A DNA stretch of 64,000 nt, taken from NCBI GenBank assembly GCA_963785235.1, contig CAWAUM010000012.1, positions 1 through 64,000 on the forward strand. The letters are read 5' to 3'. Shown piece by piece: positions 41,363 through 50,613 of this stretch. A program made the position numbers and the translations under genes. The notes below the pieces were generated by a model. The model saw only the letters and a program-made list of their open reading frames with translations. It had not been told where the DNA came from and made no database searches. Every line of letters begins with the position of its first letter. The stretch's first letter is position 1. The DNA is from an uncultured delta proteobacterium. Lineage in GTDB: Bacteria; Desulfobacterota; Desulfomonilia; UBA1062.

Positions 41363-42043
41363 TCACCGGTGCGGGTCTTCCGTTTCCGGTACAGCCCTTT
41401 GTCGGGTGGTATCTTTCCCGACTATTCTTTCAAAGGTACCGACAGGATCATTAAATATTTTCCTTTTCCCATAAGATTCAATGAATTGAATAATATGTTC
41501 AGCATCATCTGTGATTCTCACACATTCCGACTTTCCTTTTAATCTTTGGCCTTGCTCTCCATCATACTCGTCTGGATTCTCGGTAATCTCACCTTCAAGC
41601 CGTCCCTCCCGAATTGCATTTTCAAATATTTCTTCATCCCAATTGAACAATGACAGTCGATTATTATCCAACAAGTCATACATTACAAAAATATACCCAT
41701 CAAATTTTCCTTCAGGCAGCAAGGCTAACTGAATATTTAAAAAATTGTCTGTGCCGATACATGTAGGAAATGCGATGAATGAAGCCTTATCCATTGTTCC
41801 ATCGTTTTTATGTTCAATATATTGGATCTCCGTGTAATTATCCTTTCCCTTCCCAATGTGGAGATATGCATTGGTATTATCAATCTCTGCATGCCATGCC
41901 CCCGATAACCTCTCATCAAATTTCAGATTATTGGAATCAGAAAGTGGATGGAGTGATGTTGTTGGACAGCAACCTGAAAATATTACTGTCATTGCCAGGA
42001 GCACCGTGAAAGATGTTTTATTGATAGTGAAATGATAATTCAT
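41363..42043 (-). CDS. Hypothetical lipoprotein (cassette)
   Basis: Lipobox FSGC, S.HPL.....FDERL.G.W, AT-rich. Confidence 0.75.
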   Translation of the reverse strand: MNYHFTINKTSFTVLLAMTVIFSGCCPTTSLHPLSDSNNLKFDERLSGAWHAEIDNTNAYLHIGKGKDNYTEIQYIEHKNDGTMDKASFIAFPTCIGTDNFLNIQLALLPEGKFDGYIFVMYDLLDNNRLSLFNWDEEIFENAIREGRLEGEITENPDEYDGEQGQRLKGKSECVRITDDAEHIIQFIESYGKRKIFNDPVGTFERIVGKDTTRQRAVPETEDPHR

Positions 42044-42073
42044 AAATCCCTCACCAGTGTCTCATAGGAAGAC

Positions 42074-42138
42074 ACACAACGTTTGACATGAGCTGCCGAC
42101 GTAGGCCGGAGGAAGTACGCCAGGTGGAAGGGTTAGGT
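42074..42138 (-). other. attC site
   Basis: ACACAAC-GTTTGACATGAGC...GGTGGAAGG-GTTAGGT. Sequence type differs from the other attCs in the array. Confidence 0.7.
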
Positions 42139-42154
42139 CTCCTGTTGTACTGTC

Positions 42155-42781
42155 TCATGGCTTGGGGATATGGAATCGGCTGATCATCAGCGAACCCGAA
42201 AGTGCAAACATGAGCACGAGGGGATGAAGTTTGAAGCCCACCAGGGTGATCTCGCCGAACCACAAGTCCTGGTGCAGTGCCCCGGACCATGCAGCCAGCG
42301 CGAGGACAAAGACGAGGAGGATCGAAGTCGGTATGGGTGTTCCTTCGAAGTACTTCACCTTGTCAGTTCCCTGGGACAATGCTTCAGCAGTTACATTGTA
42401 CCGGGCAAGGCGTGAGACCCCGCAGGCGACGAAGAAAGCCAAGACGATGCGGTCATATAGACCCTGCATACCGCAACCGTACCCGATGATTGCCGGCGCC
42501 ACTCCGAAGGAGATGATATCAGCCAGTGAGTCGAGTTCTCGACCCAGTATTGAAGTCTTCTGCCGCCACCTGGCGATGCGGCCGTCGAGAACGTCGAATA
42601 TCATCGCAGCCAAGACGAGGCTGCACGCAAAATAGACATGCCTGACCTCATGCAGTTCGAGGTACGTCATGATGGAGAAGAGTGCACCTGTACCGCAGAC
42701 AGCGTTCGCGAGAGTGAACCAGTCTGCCAATTGGAACTCTCGAATCATCGAGAACGGCTTTTCCGGGGTACTTGTCTTCAT
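42155..42781 (-). CDS. CDP-alcohol phosphatidyltransferase (PssA-like) (cassette)
   Basis: FD.LDG.IAR......G.ELDSLAD.ISFGVAP, SRLARYN, FEG.PIP. Confidence 0.9.
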   Translation of the reverse strand: MKTSTPEKPFSMIREFQLADWFTLANAVCGTGALFSIMTYLELHEVRHVYFACSLVLAAMIFDVLDGRIARWRQKTSILGRELDSLADIISFGVAPAIIGYGCGMQGLYDRIVLAFFVACGVSRLARYNVTAEALSQGTDKVKYFEGTPIPTSILLVFVLALAAWSGALHQDLWFGEITLVGFKLHPLVLMFALSGSLMISRFHIPKP

Positions 42782-42811
42782 GGGATAAACCTCCCCCTGT
42801 TTTGATTGTGT

Positions 42812-42875
42812 ACCGAACGGTCAGCATCAGCGGTGCAGGCGGCAGCCCGCGTCCGTGTGCATGCCATGGTTGGAT
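42812..42875 (-). other. attC site
   Basis: ACCGAAC-GGTCAGCATCAGCGG...CCGTGTGCATGCCATG-GTTGGAT. Confidence 0.85.
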
Positions 42876-42879
42876 GCGA

Positions 42880-43287
42880 TCATTTTACCTTTTTATGAAT
42901 AATCTCTGAAAATAATCTTGGACTTAGGATTGGTATTTTTTTATATTTTTCAAGAATGAGCAAGTCTTTATCACCTGTTACAATGTAATCTGCTTTGGAC
43001 GCAACCGCTAGCCCAAGTATTTTTATGTCATCCGCATCACGGCAAACATCTTGTGGCAGGGAAACTGGACTGAACAGAGAGGAGTGTTCAAGAAGGAACT
43101 CCTTGATAGCGTGAATCATTGTTGCAGGAAGTTTTATTTTACGTTGGAGATTTCTTGTAACTTCATTCAGCAAATCATCGCAAAGGATTAACTCATGTTC
43201 GCTTAGGCAAAGTTCAAAGATGGATTCGCATAGTCCACGAGAAGCGAATGCAGCAACGATAACATTGGCATCAAGAACAATCTTCAT
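42880..43287 (-). CDS. PIN-domain toxin (VapC-like)
   Basis: IVLDANV, CRD.DD, ADYIVTGDKDLL. Confidence 0.9.
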   Translation of the reverse strand: MKIVLDANVIVAAFASRGLCESIFELCLSEHELILCDDLLNEVTRNLQRKIKLPATMIHAIKEFLLEHSSLFSPVSLPQDVCRDADDIKILGLAVASKADYIVTGDKDLLILEKYKKIPILSPRLFSEIIHKKVK

Positions 43288-43499
43288 GAAATTGCTTTGA
43301 AGACGTCCTCATCAGTTAAAAATCCTTGGGCCTCGGCAAATGGTAGTACCTTCTTCCGCAAAGAACGAAATTTCTCAACAGCTACATAGCGACGAATGGA
43401 TTCTCTCACTATATCACTCACGGGTTTGCTCTGTTCTTCGCTGAGCTTCTGTAAATCATCCCTTAAATCTTCTGGTAATCTAATCGTTAATGTATTCAT
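43284..43499 (-). CDS. Ribbon-helix-helix (CopG) antitoxin
   Basis: MNTLTIRLPEDL...L..LS......SDIVRESIRRY. ATGA overlap with the toxin. TTGATT-16-TACAAT ends 8 nt before ATG (probably leaderless). Confidence 0.85.
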   Translation of the reverse strand: MNTLTIRLPEDLRDDLQKLSEEQSKPVSDIVRESIRRYVAVEKFRSLRKKVLPFAEAQGFLTDEDVFKAIS

Positions 43500-43549
43500 G
43501 GTAAGACATTGTAGCACTCTAATTTTGAAAATCAATAGCTACTTATAGC

Positions 43550-43606
43550 ATCCAACGTGCGGATCAGCGGCGGCTGAAAGCCGTCCGCTGGATTTGCTGG
43601 TTCGCT
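43550..43606 (-). other. attC site
   Basis: ATCCAAC-GTGCGGATCAGCGGCGGCTGAAAGCCGTCCGCTGGATTTGCTG-GTTCGCT. Confidence 0.9.
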
Positions 43607-43864
43607 TTAGCGATAGACATCTTTTCGATGACCTACTTTGACAACCCAGACAGTAAGTTCATTATCTTGGATAGAATATACAATGCGATAAAGTCCTTGA
43701 CGTATACGATACCTTTCTTGGCCTGTTAACTTTTCACTACCTGACGGGCGAGGATTTTCAGCGAGTTTCTTAATGCGATCAAGGATTCTGTTAAGATCCT
43801 TTTTTGGTATTGTCTTGAAATCTTTCTCTACAGATCTTTTGAAAAAGATATTATATGCGGCCAT
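43607..43864 (-). CDS. RelE/ParE-family toxin
   Basis: LA.NPRP.G.EKL.G..RYRIRQG.YRIVY.I.D..L.V.VVKVGHRKDVYR. Confidence 0.92.
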   Translation of the reverse strand: MAAYNIFFKRSVEKDFKTIPKKDLNRILDRIKKLAENPRPSGSEKLTGQERYRIRQGLYRIVYSIQDNELTVWVVKVGHRKDVYR

Positions 43865-44099
43865 CTTTTTTCAATCTCTTGACCATTTCATCATAGCTGA
43901 TCAGAGGTTCGGATACTCTATTCTCAAACGCTTCAAGATCTTCAGCGTCTTCTGCAAGGGATTCTCTGACGGCTTCATTAACCAGATCTGATACAGACCG
44001 GGATGTTTCGACAGCCTTTAATCGCAGTGCCTTATGAATATCTGGATCAAGGTATATAGTTGACCTTTTAGCTTGCATCGTCATAGCGTCACCTCCCAT
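43851..44099 (-). CDS. CopG/RHH antitoxin
   Basis: KRSTIYLDPDIHKALRLKA....SVSDLVNEAVRESLAED. Overlaps the relE start. Confidence 0.88.
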   Translation of the reverse strand: MGGDAMTMQAKRSTIYLDPDIHKALRLKAVETSRSVSDLVNEAVRESLAEDAEDLEAFENRVSEPLISYDEMVKRLKKDGRI

Positions 44100-44108
44100 T
44101 GGTGCTAT

Positions 44109-44140
44109 AACATTATAACGTCATAATGTTGATTTTTCAA
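44109..44140 (-). promoter_or_regulatory. Cassette-internal sigma70 promoter with overlapping operator palindrome
   Basis: TTGAAA-17 bp-TATAAT (44140-44112). Inverted repeat AACATTAT-N6-ATAATGTT overlaps it. Confidence 0.75.
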
Positions 44141-44153
44141 GAGTGATAATAGA

Positions 44154-44279
44154 GGCGAACGTTGCGGATCAGCGGACACAAACATAGCGGGGCACCAAGC
44201 CGGAAATTACCAACAGCCGTGAAGCGGAGCGGGGACAGAGGCAAAATCCAGCGCGGTTTGCTGGATTTGCTTGTTAGCC
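44154..44279 (-). other. Long attC site
   Basis: GGCGAAC-GTTGCGGATCAGC...GCTGGATTTGCTT-GTTAGCC. The hicB stop codon lies inside the core site. Confidence 0.8.
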
Positions 44280-44489
44280 TGTGATGGCAATGTATTCTGC
44301 ACTGGCGTGCGATTTTGGAATGGGTAGGTGATCTTCTTTTAACCCTTGTATATGTAATTCGATTGCATCATGGATGTTTTTTGCAGCTTGGTCCTTTGTT
44401 TTTCCCGTTGCTATACAACCAGGAAGATCAGGGGAATATGCAGAATAGTTTCCATTGGCTTTTTCAATCACGATTAAGAACCTGTGCAT
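44274..44489 (-). CDS. hicB: HicB-family antitoxin
   Basis: YSAY.PDLPGC.ATG.T......NI..AI..HI.GL......P. Confidence 0.9.
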   Translation of the reverse strand: MHRFLIVIEKANGNYSAYSPDLPGCIATGKTKDQAAKNIHDAIELHIQGLKEDHLPIPKSHASAEYIAITG

Positions 44490-44502
44490 GGAGATACCCT
44501 CC

Positions 44503-44703
44503 TTATTGCTTCCCGGATTTCTTTATCCCGGCTTGTTTAAATACGCTGTTTAAAGTTCCTGGGGCCAGATCATCGCCGGGATGTCCAGCAATTGTTACAC
44601 GCCCTTTCTTTTCAGGGTGCTTATACTGTCGATGACTCCCTTTCTGATACACTTGGTACCAGTCATCTTCTTCGATTGATTTTATTACATCTCTGATCTT
44701 CAT
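44503..44703 (-). CDS. hicA: HicA-family toxin
   Basis: KGSHRQYKHP.KKGRVTI.GHPG.DL..GTL.S. Confidence 0.92.
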   Translation of the reverse strand: MKIRDVIKSIEEDDWYQVYQKGSHRQYKHPEKKGRVTIAGHPGDDLAPGTLNSVFKQAGIKKSGKQ

Positions 44704-44758
44704 ATCATTATATTTAAACTATCCCATACTTCTATCCAGATCAAGTTATTACAAGGAA

Positions 44759-44817
44759 AGCTAACACCGGGCATCAGCCGCGCCCGTAGCGAGTCGGCCT
44801 GGATGCCCTTGTTCGGC
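44759..44817 (-). other. attC site
   Basis: AGCTAAC-ACCGGGCATCAGCCG...CGGCCTGGATGCCCTT-GTTCGGC. Confidence 0.9.
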
Positions 44818-44831
44818 GTCATTACATTAAC

Positions 44832-45835
44832 TTAGATTACCAATGCTTCATATTCAATTGGTATAGAAAAACGTTTTCTTAGTCGACGGAGGTATTCTTT
44901 ACTTTCTTCGTCGATCTGACTTTCGCCTACAACTATAATTCGATTTGGCTCCTGAGCTCCTGGCCAGAATCCATACTCTAAGAGTTGTCCAATAGCCTCA
45001 CGTAGACAGGCCCTCGGAGTCAGGGCCGTCTTGATCTCGTAGAACCAATAATGTTTTTTAATCTTAACTACTAAATCAATCAGCGTTCCCACTCCACTTG
45101 GTTGCTCTACTCTGACATTATCTCTGCCATATTTAGATGCCAGCTTCTTATAGAGCGCCTCCTGAAGGATATTATGGCGAAGATCAAGGTCGAGTTCTCT
45201 CTCTGCATAGGTTACTTTTGATTTAGTCGCCTTCTTGGCATATCCTGATTTGAAATTAAATCCTTGCTTGGGTAGCGGTAATGGTGCAGTAGCCCCTCCA
45301 CTTTCAACGTACTGATACAAAGGTATAAGCCGATTAAAATCATTTAAAATCTCCTCATAATCGATTCTCTTTGAGGATTGACGGTTTCCTAGAAAAACAA
45401 ATACGTTCTTCTCAATGAGCGTTGATGGAATCAAACCAGGTGGGTAATCTGAACTTCGCTCAGGATTATAATGCCACATACGCATATCATAAATTCACTG
45501 GCATTCATTTCCATATAATCATTGAAGAGCTTGACCTTCGGAACCAAGACATCAATCGACTGTAATGTCTGGCTGAGCTCAAATGAGAAAGCGACACCGT
45601 ATCTTATATCTTCATTCTCATCGCCATTTGCATATCCGATATTAAACTGAAGCTCTGTTCTCCCCCATGATGGAAGGCATAGTCATCAAATGTTGATATG
45701 TACACTGAAGATCTTGTCACCCGGTCGGCGCTTCAACTTCTTTAATTTGGTACGAATGTCCTGAATTGTGCCAATTGGATGGGCCTGAGCCAGTTTATTT
45801 AATTTGTTTGCTATAATAGGAATGTCAAGGGGCAT
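44832..45835 (-). CDS. Hypothetical protein with C-terminal PD-(D/E)XK nuclease-like domain (frameshifted cassette)
   Basis: Starts MPLDIPIIANKLN at 45835 and continues through indels into 44832..45485 with IDLVV.....WFYEIK...REAIGQLLEY. Confidence 0.7.
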
Positions 45836-45880
45836 AGTTTCTTCCTCTTACTAATTGTGTTGATAATGCTGATCCATATC

Positions 45881-45932
45881 GCCGAACGTGCCGGTCAGCC
45901 GCGGCCGAAGGCCGTCGGCTGGAGTGTTAGGC
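45881..45932 (-). other. attC site (one arm shortened)
   Basis: GCCGAAC-GTGCCGGTCAGCCGCGGCCGAAGGCCGTCGGCTGGAGT-GTTAGGC. Confidence 0.75.
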
Positions 45933-45936
45933 TCTT

Positions 45937-46859
45937 TCATGATTTGGGGCCTTTGCCCAAGACGGCTTCAAGCCTCACTTGAAGCCTATTAGCCAACTCT
46001 TTCGGTGACTCCCAGTCAATACAGTTAAATTGCCTTATATCGAAGTGCAGATCTGCCATTTCGCTTCTTTGACAAGTCCAAAACACGGGTAACCCAATAC
46101 CTAGGGCATAGCCAGCTTCAAAATACACACCACCTCGTGGCCGGTAAAATCTGCTACAACGAATTTCGAGGAATTAATCTGCCTAATGATTTCGTCGTCT
46201 ATGCGATTGATGTGTTCTACCTGATCCATTCGCACTGGCTCGTACCCTGCCTCCATAATCCCCACTTGAAATCCATTGGTATATATTTCGTTCAGTTCTG
46301 GCTTAAAAGACATTGCTACAAAGCCGTTAGCAGACGCTGAGCTTTTGCCCCTTAACTCATCAAGCTTGATGTATCCCCCTGGTAAGATTGCGCATTCCCC
46401 ACCCATTGCTGTAAATTCTGCGAATCCCTGATCACGGAGTATTCCAAGAAGATAACCTACATCATCATTATTGGAAGAGTAGGTTGCTGCTAAAAACCTT
46501 GGCTCATTGATATTGAAATTGTCGCCAAGCCTCTTTAGGCCTTTTTCTGCTTCCACTAGCAATAATTTAGCCCGTTCCATTATGGGGGGAATAGGTGTGG
46601 CGATTATCGTTTTTAAGCTATCGGATGTGATAAAAGGAACAGAGCCAAGAGTATTCTGATTTCGAACCCATCCTGAAAGTATTGACCGGCGTTCTTTTCC
46701 CAGGCCATGACTCATCATTGAGAGAGCTGTTCCAGATACTTTGAACTCTCCACAACGAGGACAATTCTGATGAATACCGTCGAACCCCCCGCTGGGGATT
46801 GTTGTAGCAAGCTCGACAGAGCAGACTTCACACCGATCCTTGTCTTCATCTAGTTTCAT
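45937..46859 (-). CDS. Zn-ribbon/wHTH + nucleoside 2-deoxyribosyltransferase-like protein (frameshift near 46135)
   Basis: CEVC..CPRCG, FVAMSF, RIDDEII..I..S.FVVADFT, then YFEAGYALG.G.PV and HFDIRQ. Confidence 0.8.
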
Positions 46860-46872
46860 GTGAATCTCCGTT

Positions 46873-46932
46873 GCCTAACGCCACGCATCAGCCGCGCGCG
46901 TAAGCGCGTCGGCCTGGATGCGCTTGTTATGC
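46873..46932 (-). other. attC site
   Basis: GCCTAAC-GCCACGCATCAGCCGCGCGCGTAAGCGCGTCGGCCTGGATGCGCTT-GTTATGC. Confidence 0.9.
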
Positions 46933-47485
46933 CTTTTTGCCCCGGATACCATCAATATTTGCATCAAACCAATTGCCCCAGTTTTCAAGCAAGACTTGTG
47001 AAGCGATTGATCCTTTTACATCACCTGTCTCGCTACTCTTTATGAAAAGCTCAACACCTCCAATAAATTCATTTTTAAAATGATCGCCGAACCCTTGATA
47101 ATGCCTATTCATAGAATCGATATCTGCTTTTTTTGCTTCTTCTAGCGCCTTTTTGTAATAAGAAAGAATCTCATCCATATCCGGTTGAGATATAAATTGC
47201 GAACCACCCTTATTTATAATTGCTGTAGCCTTATTTGTGTAATCTATTGCCAAAGAAACATGAGATGAAGAGTTATTAAGAAGGAGATATGAAAACAAAA
47301 TATGGCCAGGCTATAGCCTTTGCTGTGGCGACGACTTCCCCAAAAGCAAACCATTTCATAAATCCATGGGTCTTTGCATAATCCCAATTGTAGTAAGGAG
47401 TAAATACAAAGAAGGTCACAATAAAATAAAGACCGAAAATGGTACTAATAAGGTTAGTAAAAAATTTTTCAAAGATTGCTTTCAT
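46927..47485 (-). CDS. Hypothetical membrane-anchored protein, first cassette (probably one gene with a frameshift near 47280)
   Basis: ORFs 47276..47485 (TM) and 46927..47298 overlap within a single cassette with one RBS (AGGAG). Confidence 0.6.
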
Positions 47486-47499
47486 TATTATCTCCTAAG

Positions 47500-47578
47500 G
47501 CATAACAATTACTATACTGCACTTTTGCAGCATATCCCCATTGTTATTCGTAGCACAATTGCAGTATATCCAGATATT
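47500..47578 (-). other. attI-like head site of the array
   Basis: Minus strand GAATAAC-aatggggatatgctgcaaaagtgcagtatagtaatt-GTTATGC. AT-rich, short inner palindrome, upstream imperfect direct repeat GATATACTGCAA. Unlike the GC-rich attCs. Confidence 0.65.
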
Positions 47579-47686
47579 GAGTGCAAGGCATTACGATGTT
47601 ATAAATATTTAAATAAACGATCGACAACTCTCATCCATTCCAATAATTTCCCAGATGAGACTGATTCAAGGATAAAAAGGCAGGTA

Positions 47687-48856
47687 TCACGGAGAACCCT
47701 TTTCCACCGGCACCAGTTCTATCTTCAGCGGTTCTCCCTGCTGCTTCTCCACCTGCACCTGGGCCTCCCACTCGTAGTAATCGGGCATGATCATGCGCAC
47801 CTCGTGGCCTCCGATGGGCAGTTCCATTGCCAGCGGGGATTTACCCTTGAAGGCGCCGTCGATATAAACCTGGGCGCCTGTTGGAAGGCTTTCCACCTTG
47901 AAGGCCCCCATCTCAACAGGGACTTCCTTTTTTGAAGACAGAAGAAAGAACGCAACTGCCGCTATAAGCACGAGAACCACCACCGCAGCCATGACCATGA
48001 CAATGGGGCTCTTCTTTTTCTCCATCTGTCCTGCAATTGCAGGCTCTTTTGATTTGAGAAAGGCCCGCAGGGCATCGGCAAGTTCGTGACCTCTTCCGAA
48101 GCGCTCGGCCGGTTTCTTGGCCAGGCATTTCATGATTATGTCTGAAAACTCAGACGGAACGGATGGGTTTAGAACCTCGGGCCTGGCCGGGGTCTCGCTG
48201 GTTATGGCGTGGAAGATGACTGCCAGGTTCTCCCCCTTGAAGGGCTTTGCGCCTGTGGCAAGCTCATAAAGGATTACCCCAAGTGAATAGAGGTCGGACC
48301 GTCCGTCCGCCTTTTGGCCCATGACCTGCTCGGGCGACATGTAGTTGGGTGTTCCCATGATCTCGCCCACCTGGGTCTGGTGGCTCGCCTCCGGGTCTTC
48401 TATGTGGGCGATGCCGAAATCCGTGAGCTTCACCGCACCGCCGGTGGCGGCCATGATGTTCTGGGGCTTGATGTCCCGGTGGACGATGCCCCGGGAATGT
48501 GCATAATCCAGGCTCTGCGCCACCTGGATGCCGATATCCGCTATCTCTTCCATACTCAGGGAATTTTCGCGGGCATAGGTATTGAGAGGCACGCCCTCGA
48601 GCAGCTCCATGGCGATGTACACCGTTCCCTGGTCTTCACCCACATCATAGACCGTCACGATGTTCTGGTGCGACATGCGCCCGATGGCTTTTGCCTCCTT
48701 GAGGAAACGCTGGACAAAGTCCTCGCTGCCCATGCGGTCGGACCTGAGCACCTTCAGGGCGATCTCCCTGCCGATGTTGGGGTCATGCGCCTGGTAGACA
48801 ACGCCCATAGCCCCCTTGCCCAACTCCTTGACGATCTCGTAGCGGCCGTAATTCAT
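47687..48856 (-). CDS. Membrane Ser/Thr protein kinase with C-terminal PEGA domain
   Basis: GKGAMG, IALK, HRDIKPQN, DFG, GTPNYMSPEQ, TM segment, S.P.GA.VYIDG. Confidence 0.95.
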   Translation of the reverse strand: MNYGRYEIVKELGKGAMGVVYQAHDPNIGREIALKVLRSDRMGSEDFVQRFLKEAKAIGRMSHQNIVTVYDVGEDQGTVYIAMELLEGVPLNTYARENSLSMEEIADIGIQVAQSLDYAHSRGIVHRDIKPQNIMAATGGAVKLTDFGIAHIEDPEASHQTQVGEIMGTPNYMSPEQVMGQKADGRSDLYSLGVILYELATGAKPFKGENLAVIFHAITSETPARPEVLNPSVPSEFSDIIMKCLAKKPAERFGRGHELADALRAFLKSKEPAIAGQMEKKKSPIVMVMAAVVVLVLIAAVAFFLLSSKKEVPVEMGAFKVESLPTGAQVYIDGAFKGKSPLAMELPIGGHEVRMIMPDYYEWEAQVQVEKQQGEPLKIELVPVEKGSP

Positions 48857-48859
48857 ATC

Positions 48860-49828
48860 CTACTTTTCCTTTATAAATGAGATGACCGTATCCAGGGGGA
48901 TAAGCAGCCCTGAGAGGTTGTCCCCTTTCAGTCTCCCCTTTACCATGGCCACGAGGTTTCCTTCTGTGTCAAAGACAGGGCTCCCGCTGCTGCCGGGCTC
49001 CACAACCATCCTGGCCTGGAGGAGGGGCTGACCGTCCACGAGCCTCGGCGTACCGCTGATAAAGCCTGTTAGTATCTTATTCCCATGGTCCAGGGGAAAA
49101 CCGATGGAGAAGACCTTCTGACCCATTTCAGGCTTTGCCTTGCTGTTATTAAGCGAGATCACCTCTGAAAAATGGTGGCTGCAATCGATCAGGGCGAGGT
49201 CCTTGCGTTTATCAATCCTGATGATCTTTCCAGCTACCATCAGCCCGTTGGAGAGAAAGATGGTCAGGGCCTGCGGCCTTTGAAGGGTGTGCGCCGTACA
49301 GATGATCAACCCATCCCTGTCTACGATGAACCCGGTGAGCTGAGCGGGGTTGTTTTTCCCTAAGGCCTTGATGCAGACAACAGCATCCATTCTATTCAAG
49401 ACAGGTGCAGGTACCTTCCTTTTTGGATCATCTTCGAGAGAAGGCTTATTCTGCAGGTTGACCGGGCCGGCCGGATCTTCACGCGTGGAGGTGTATCCCC
49501 ACGCGTAACCTTTCAGGTATTTCCATAATGCACCGGCATGGCCCGTTGTAACGGTGTTGTCTATTGATATCTCTGTAGACAGGGTGGAATGATGCTTCAG
49601 GACGACCCTCAAGGCCTGGTTATTCTTTGTTGCGCTGAGCAAAACTGAATCCTCACCTGTTGAACCGCTCACCTTGTATCCCTCGTGCTTCAGCCAATCC
49701 GCAACAACCTGTTCGGCTTCGTACCTGGGGATGGGGAAAACCTTGCTCTCAAAACCCTCTTGCGCCCATGCGAGGCCGGCATACAGCATGAGGGCCATGA
49801 ATATGGTGGCGATGAGTTTCTTCTGCAT
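48860..49828 (-). CDS. Secreted trypsin-like serine protease
   Basis: Signal peptide MQKKLIA..AWA, CTAH, DLALI, GSSGSP. Confidence 0.88.
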   Translation of the reverse strand: MQKKLIATIFMALMLYAGLAWAQEGFESKVFPIPRYEAEQVVADWLKHEGYKVSGSTGEDSVLLSATKNNQALRVVLKHHSTLSTEISIDNTVTTGHAGALWKYLKGYAWGYTSTREDPAGPVNLQNKPSLEDDPKRKVPAPVLNRMDAVVCIKALGKNNPAQLTGFIVDRDGLIICTAHTLQRPQALTIFLSNGLMVAGKIIRIDKRKDLALIDCSHHFSEVISLNNSKAKPEMGQKVFSIGFPLDHGNKILTGFISGTPRLVDGQPLLQARMVVEPGSSGSPVFDTEGNLVAMVKGRLKGDNLSGLLIPLDTVISFIKEK

Positions 49829-49850
49829 GTGATTCCTTACGAAAAGACCT

Positions 49851-50573
49851 TCAGCCAAGCAGCTCCACCAGCACAACCGTAACATTATCCTTTCCCCCTG
49901 CGGCCTTTGCCAGCTCGATGAGCTGACCGGCAAGGGCCTCAAGACTTTCCCTTCTGGTTAAACAGTTCCGGATAGCTGCATCGTCAACCATATCACTCAG
50001 GCCGTCCGAGCACAAAAGAAAGATGTCACCCGGCAGTCCCTTGCCCTTGAGAAGATCGAGCTCCACGAATTCCTTTGCACCCACCGCCCGCAGGATCACA
50101 TGGCGCATTGCATGGTTCCGGGCGTCCTGCTCGCTGATAAGCCCCTGCTTGACCTGATCGGCCACAAGGGAATGATCTACTGAAAGCTGCTTCAATTCGG
50201 CATTTCTCAGGCGATAGGTCCGACTGTCTCCGATATGCCCGATAACAATGTCATCGCCCGATATGGCAAGGATCTCTGCCGTGCACCCCATCCCTGCATG
50301 CTCGGGGTTCGAGGCCACATGATCGAGTATCCTCGAGTTGGCAAAAGTGAAGGCGTTCTTCACACGGTCCATCTGGGTTTGTTCAGTACTGTGAGAGGCA
50401 AAGACCTCTGTGGCGGTCTCTACAAAAATACGGCTCGCAACCTCTCCGGCAGCAGCACCCCCCATACCGTCGGCCACTGCCCAGAACCCCAGATCGGGCC
50501 TGACGACAAAGGCATCCTCATTGTTCGTGCGTTTCAGTCCCACATCCGTGATGCCGAAGGCATTGATCTTCAT
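49851..50573 (-). CDS. PP2C-type Ser/Thr phosphatase (Stp1/PppA-like)
   Basis: R.NNED, VADGMGG, HIGDSR, LLCSDGL, GGKDN.T. Confidence 0.95.
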   Translation of the reverse strand: MKINAFGITDVGLKRTNNEDAFVVRPDLGFWAVADGMGGAAAGEVASRIFVETATEVFASHSTEQTQMDRVKNAFTFANSRILDHVASNPEHAGMGCTAEILAISGDDIVIGHIGDSRTYRLRNAELKQLSVDHSLVADQVKQGLISEQDARNHAMRHVILRAVGAKEFVELDLLKGKGLPGDIFLLCSDGLSDMVDDAAIRNCLTRRESLEALAGQLIELAKAAGGKDNVTVVLVELLG

Positions 50574-50613
50574 TCTTTCTTCCCCTTATCCAAAAACCTG
50601 CTCCTGTGTTTCC

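Larger units (their letters stand above)
40026..47549 (-). mobile_element. Integron gene-cassette array lacking an adjacent integrase (CALIN), about 10 cassettes
   Basis: Co-oriented short genes separated by RYYYAAC...GTTRRRY palindromes. Cassette ends are complementary (GTTGGAT/ATCCAAC, GTTCGGC/GCCGAAC, GTTAGGC/GCCTAAC, GTTATGC/GCATAAC). No tyrosine recombinase in the window. Confidence 0.88.

Noticed and set aside
40400-47549. CRISPR array interpretation of the recurring palindromes
   Set aside because: Repeats are non-identical and separated by whole genes, no cas genes are present, and they fit attC architecture.
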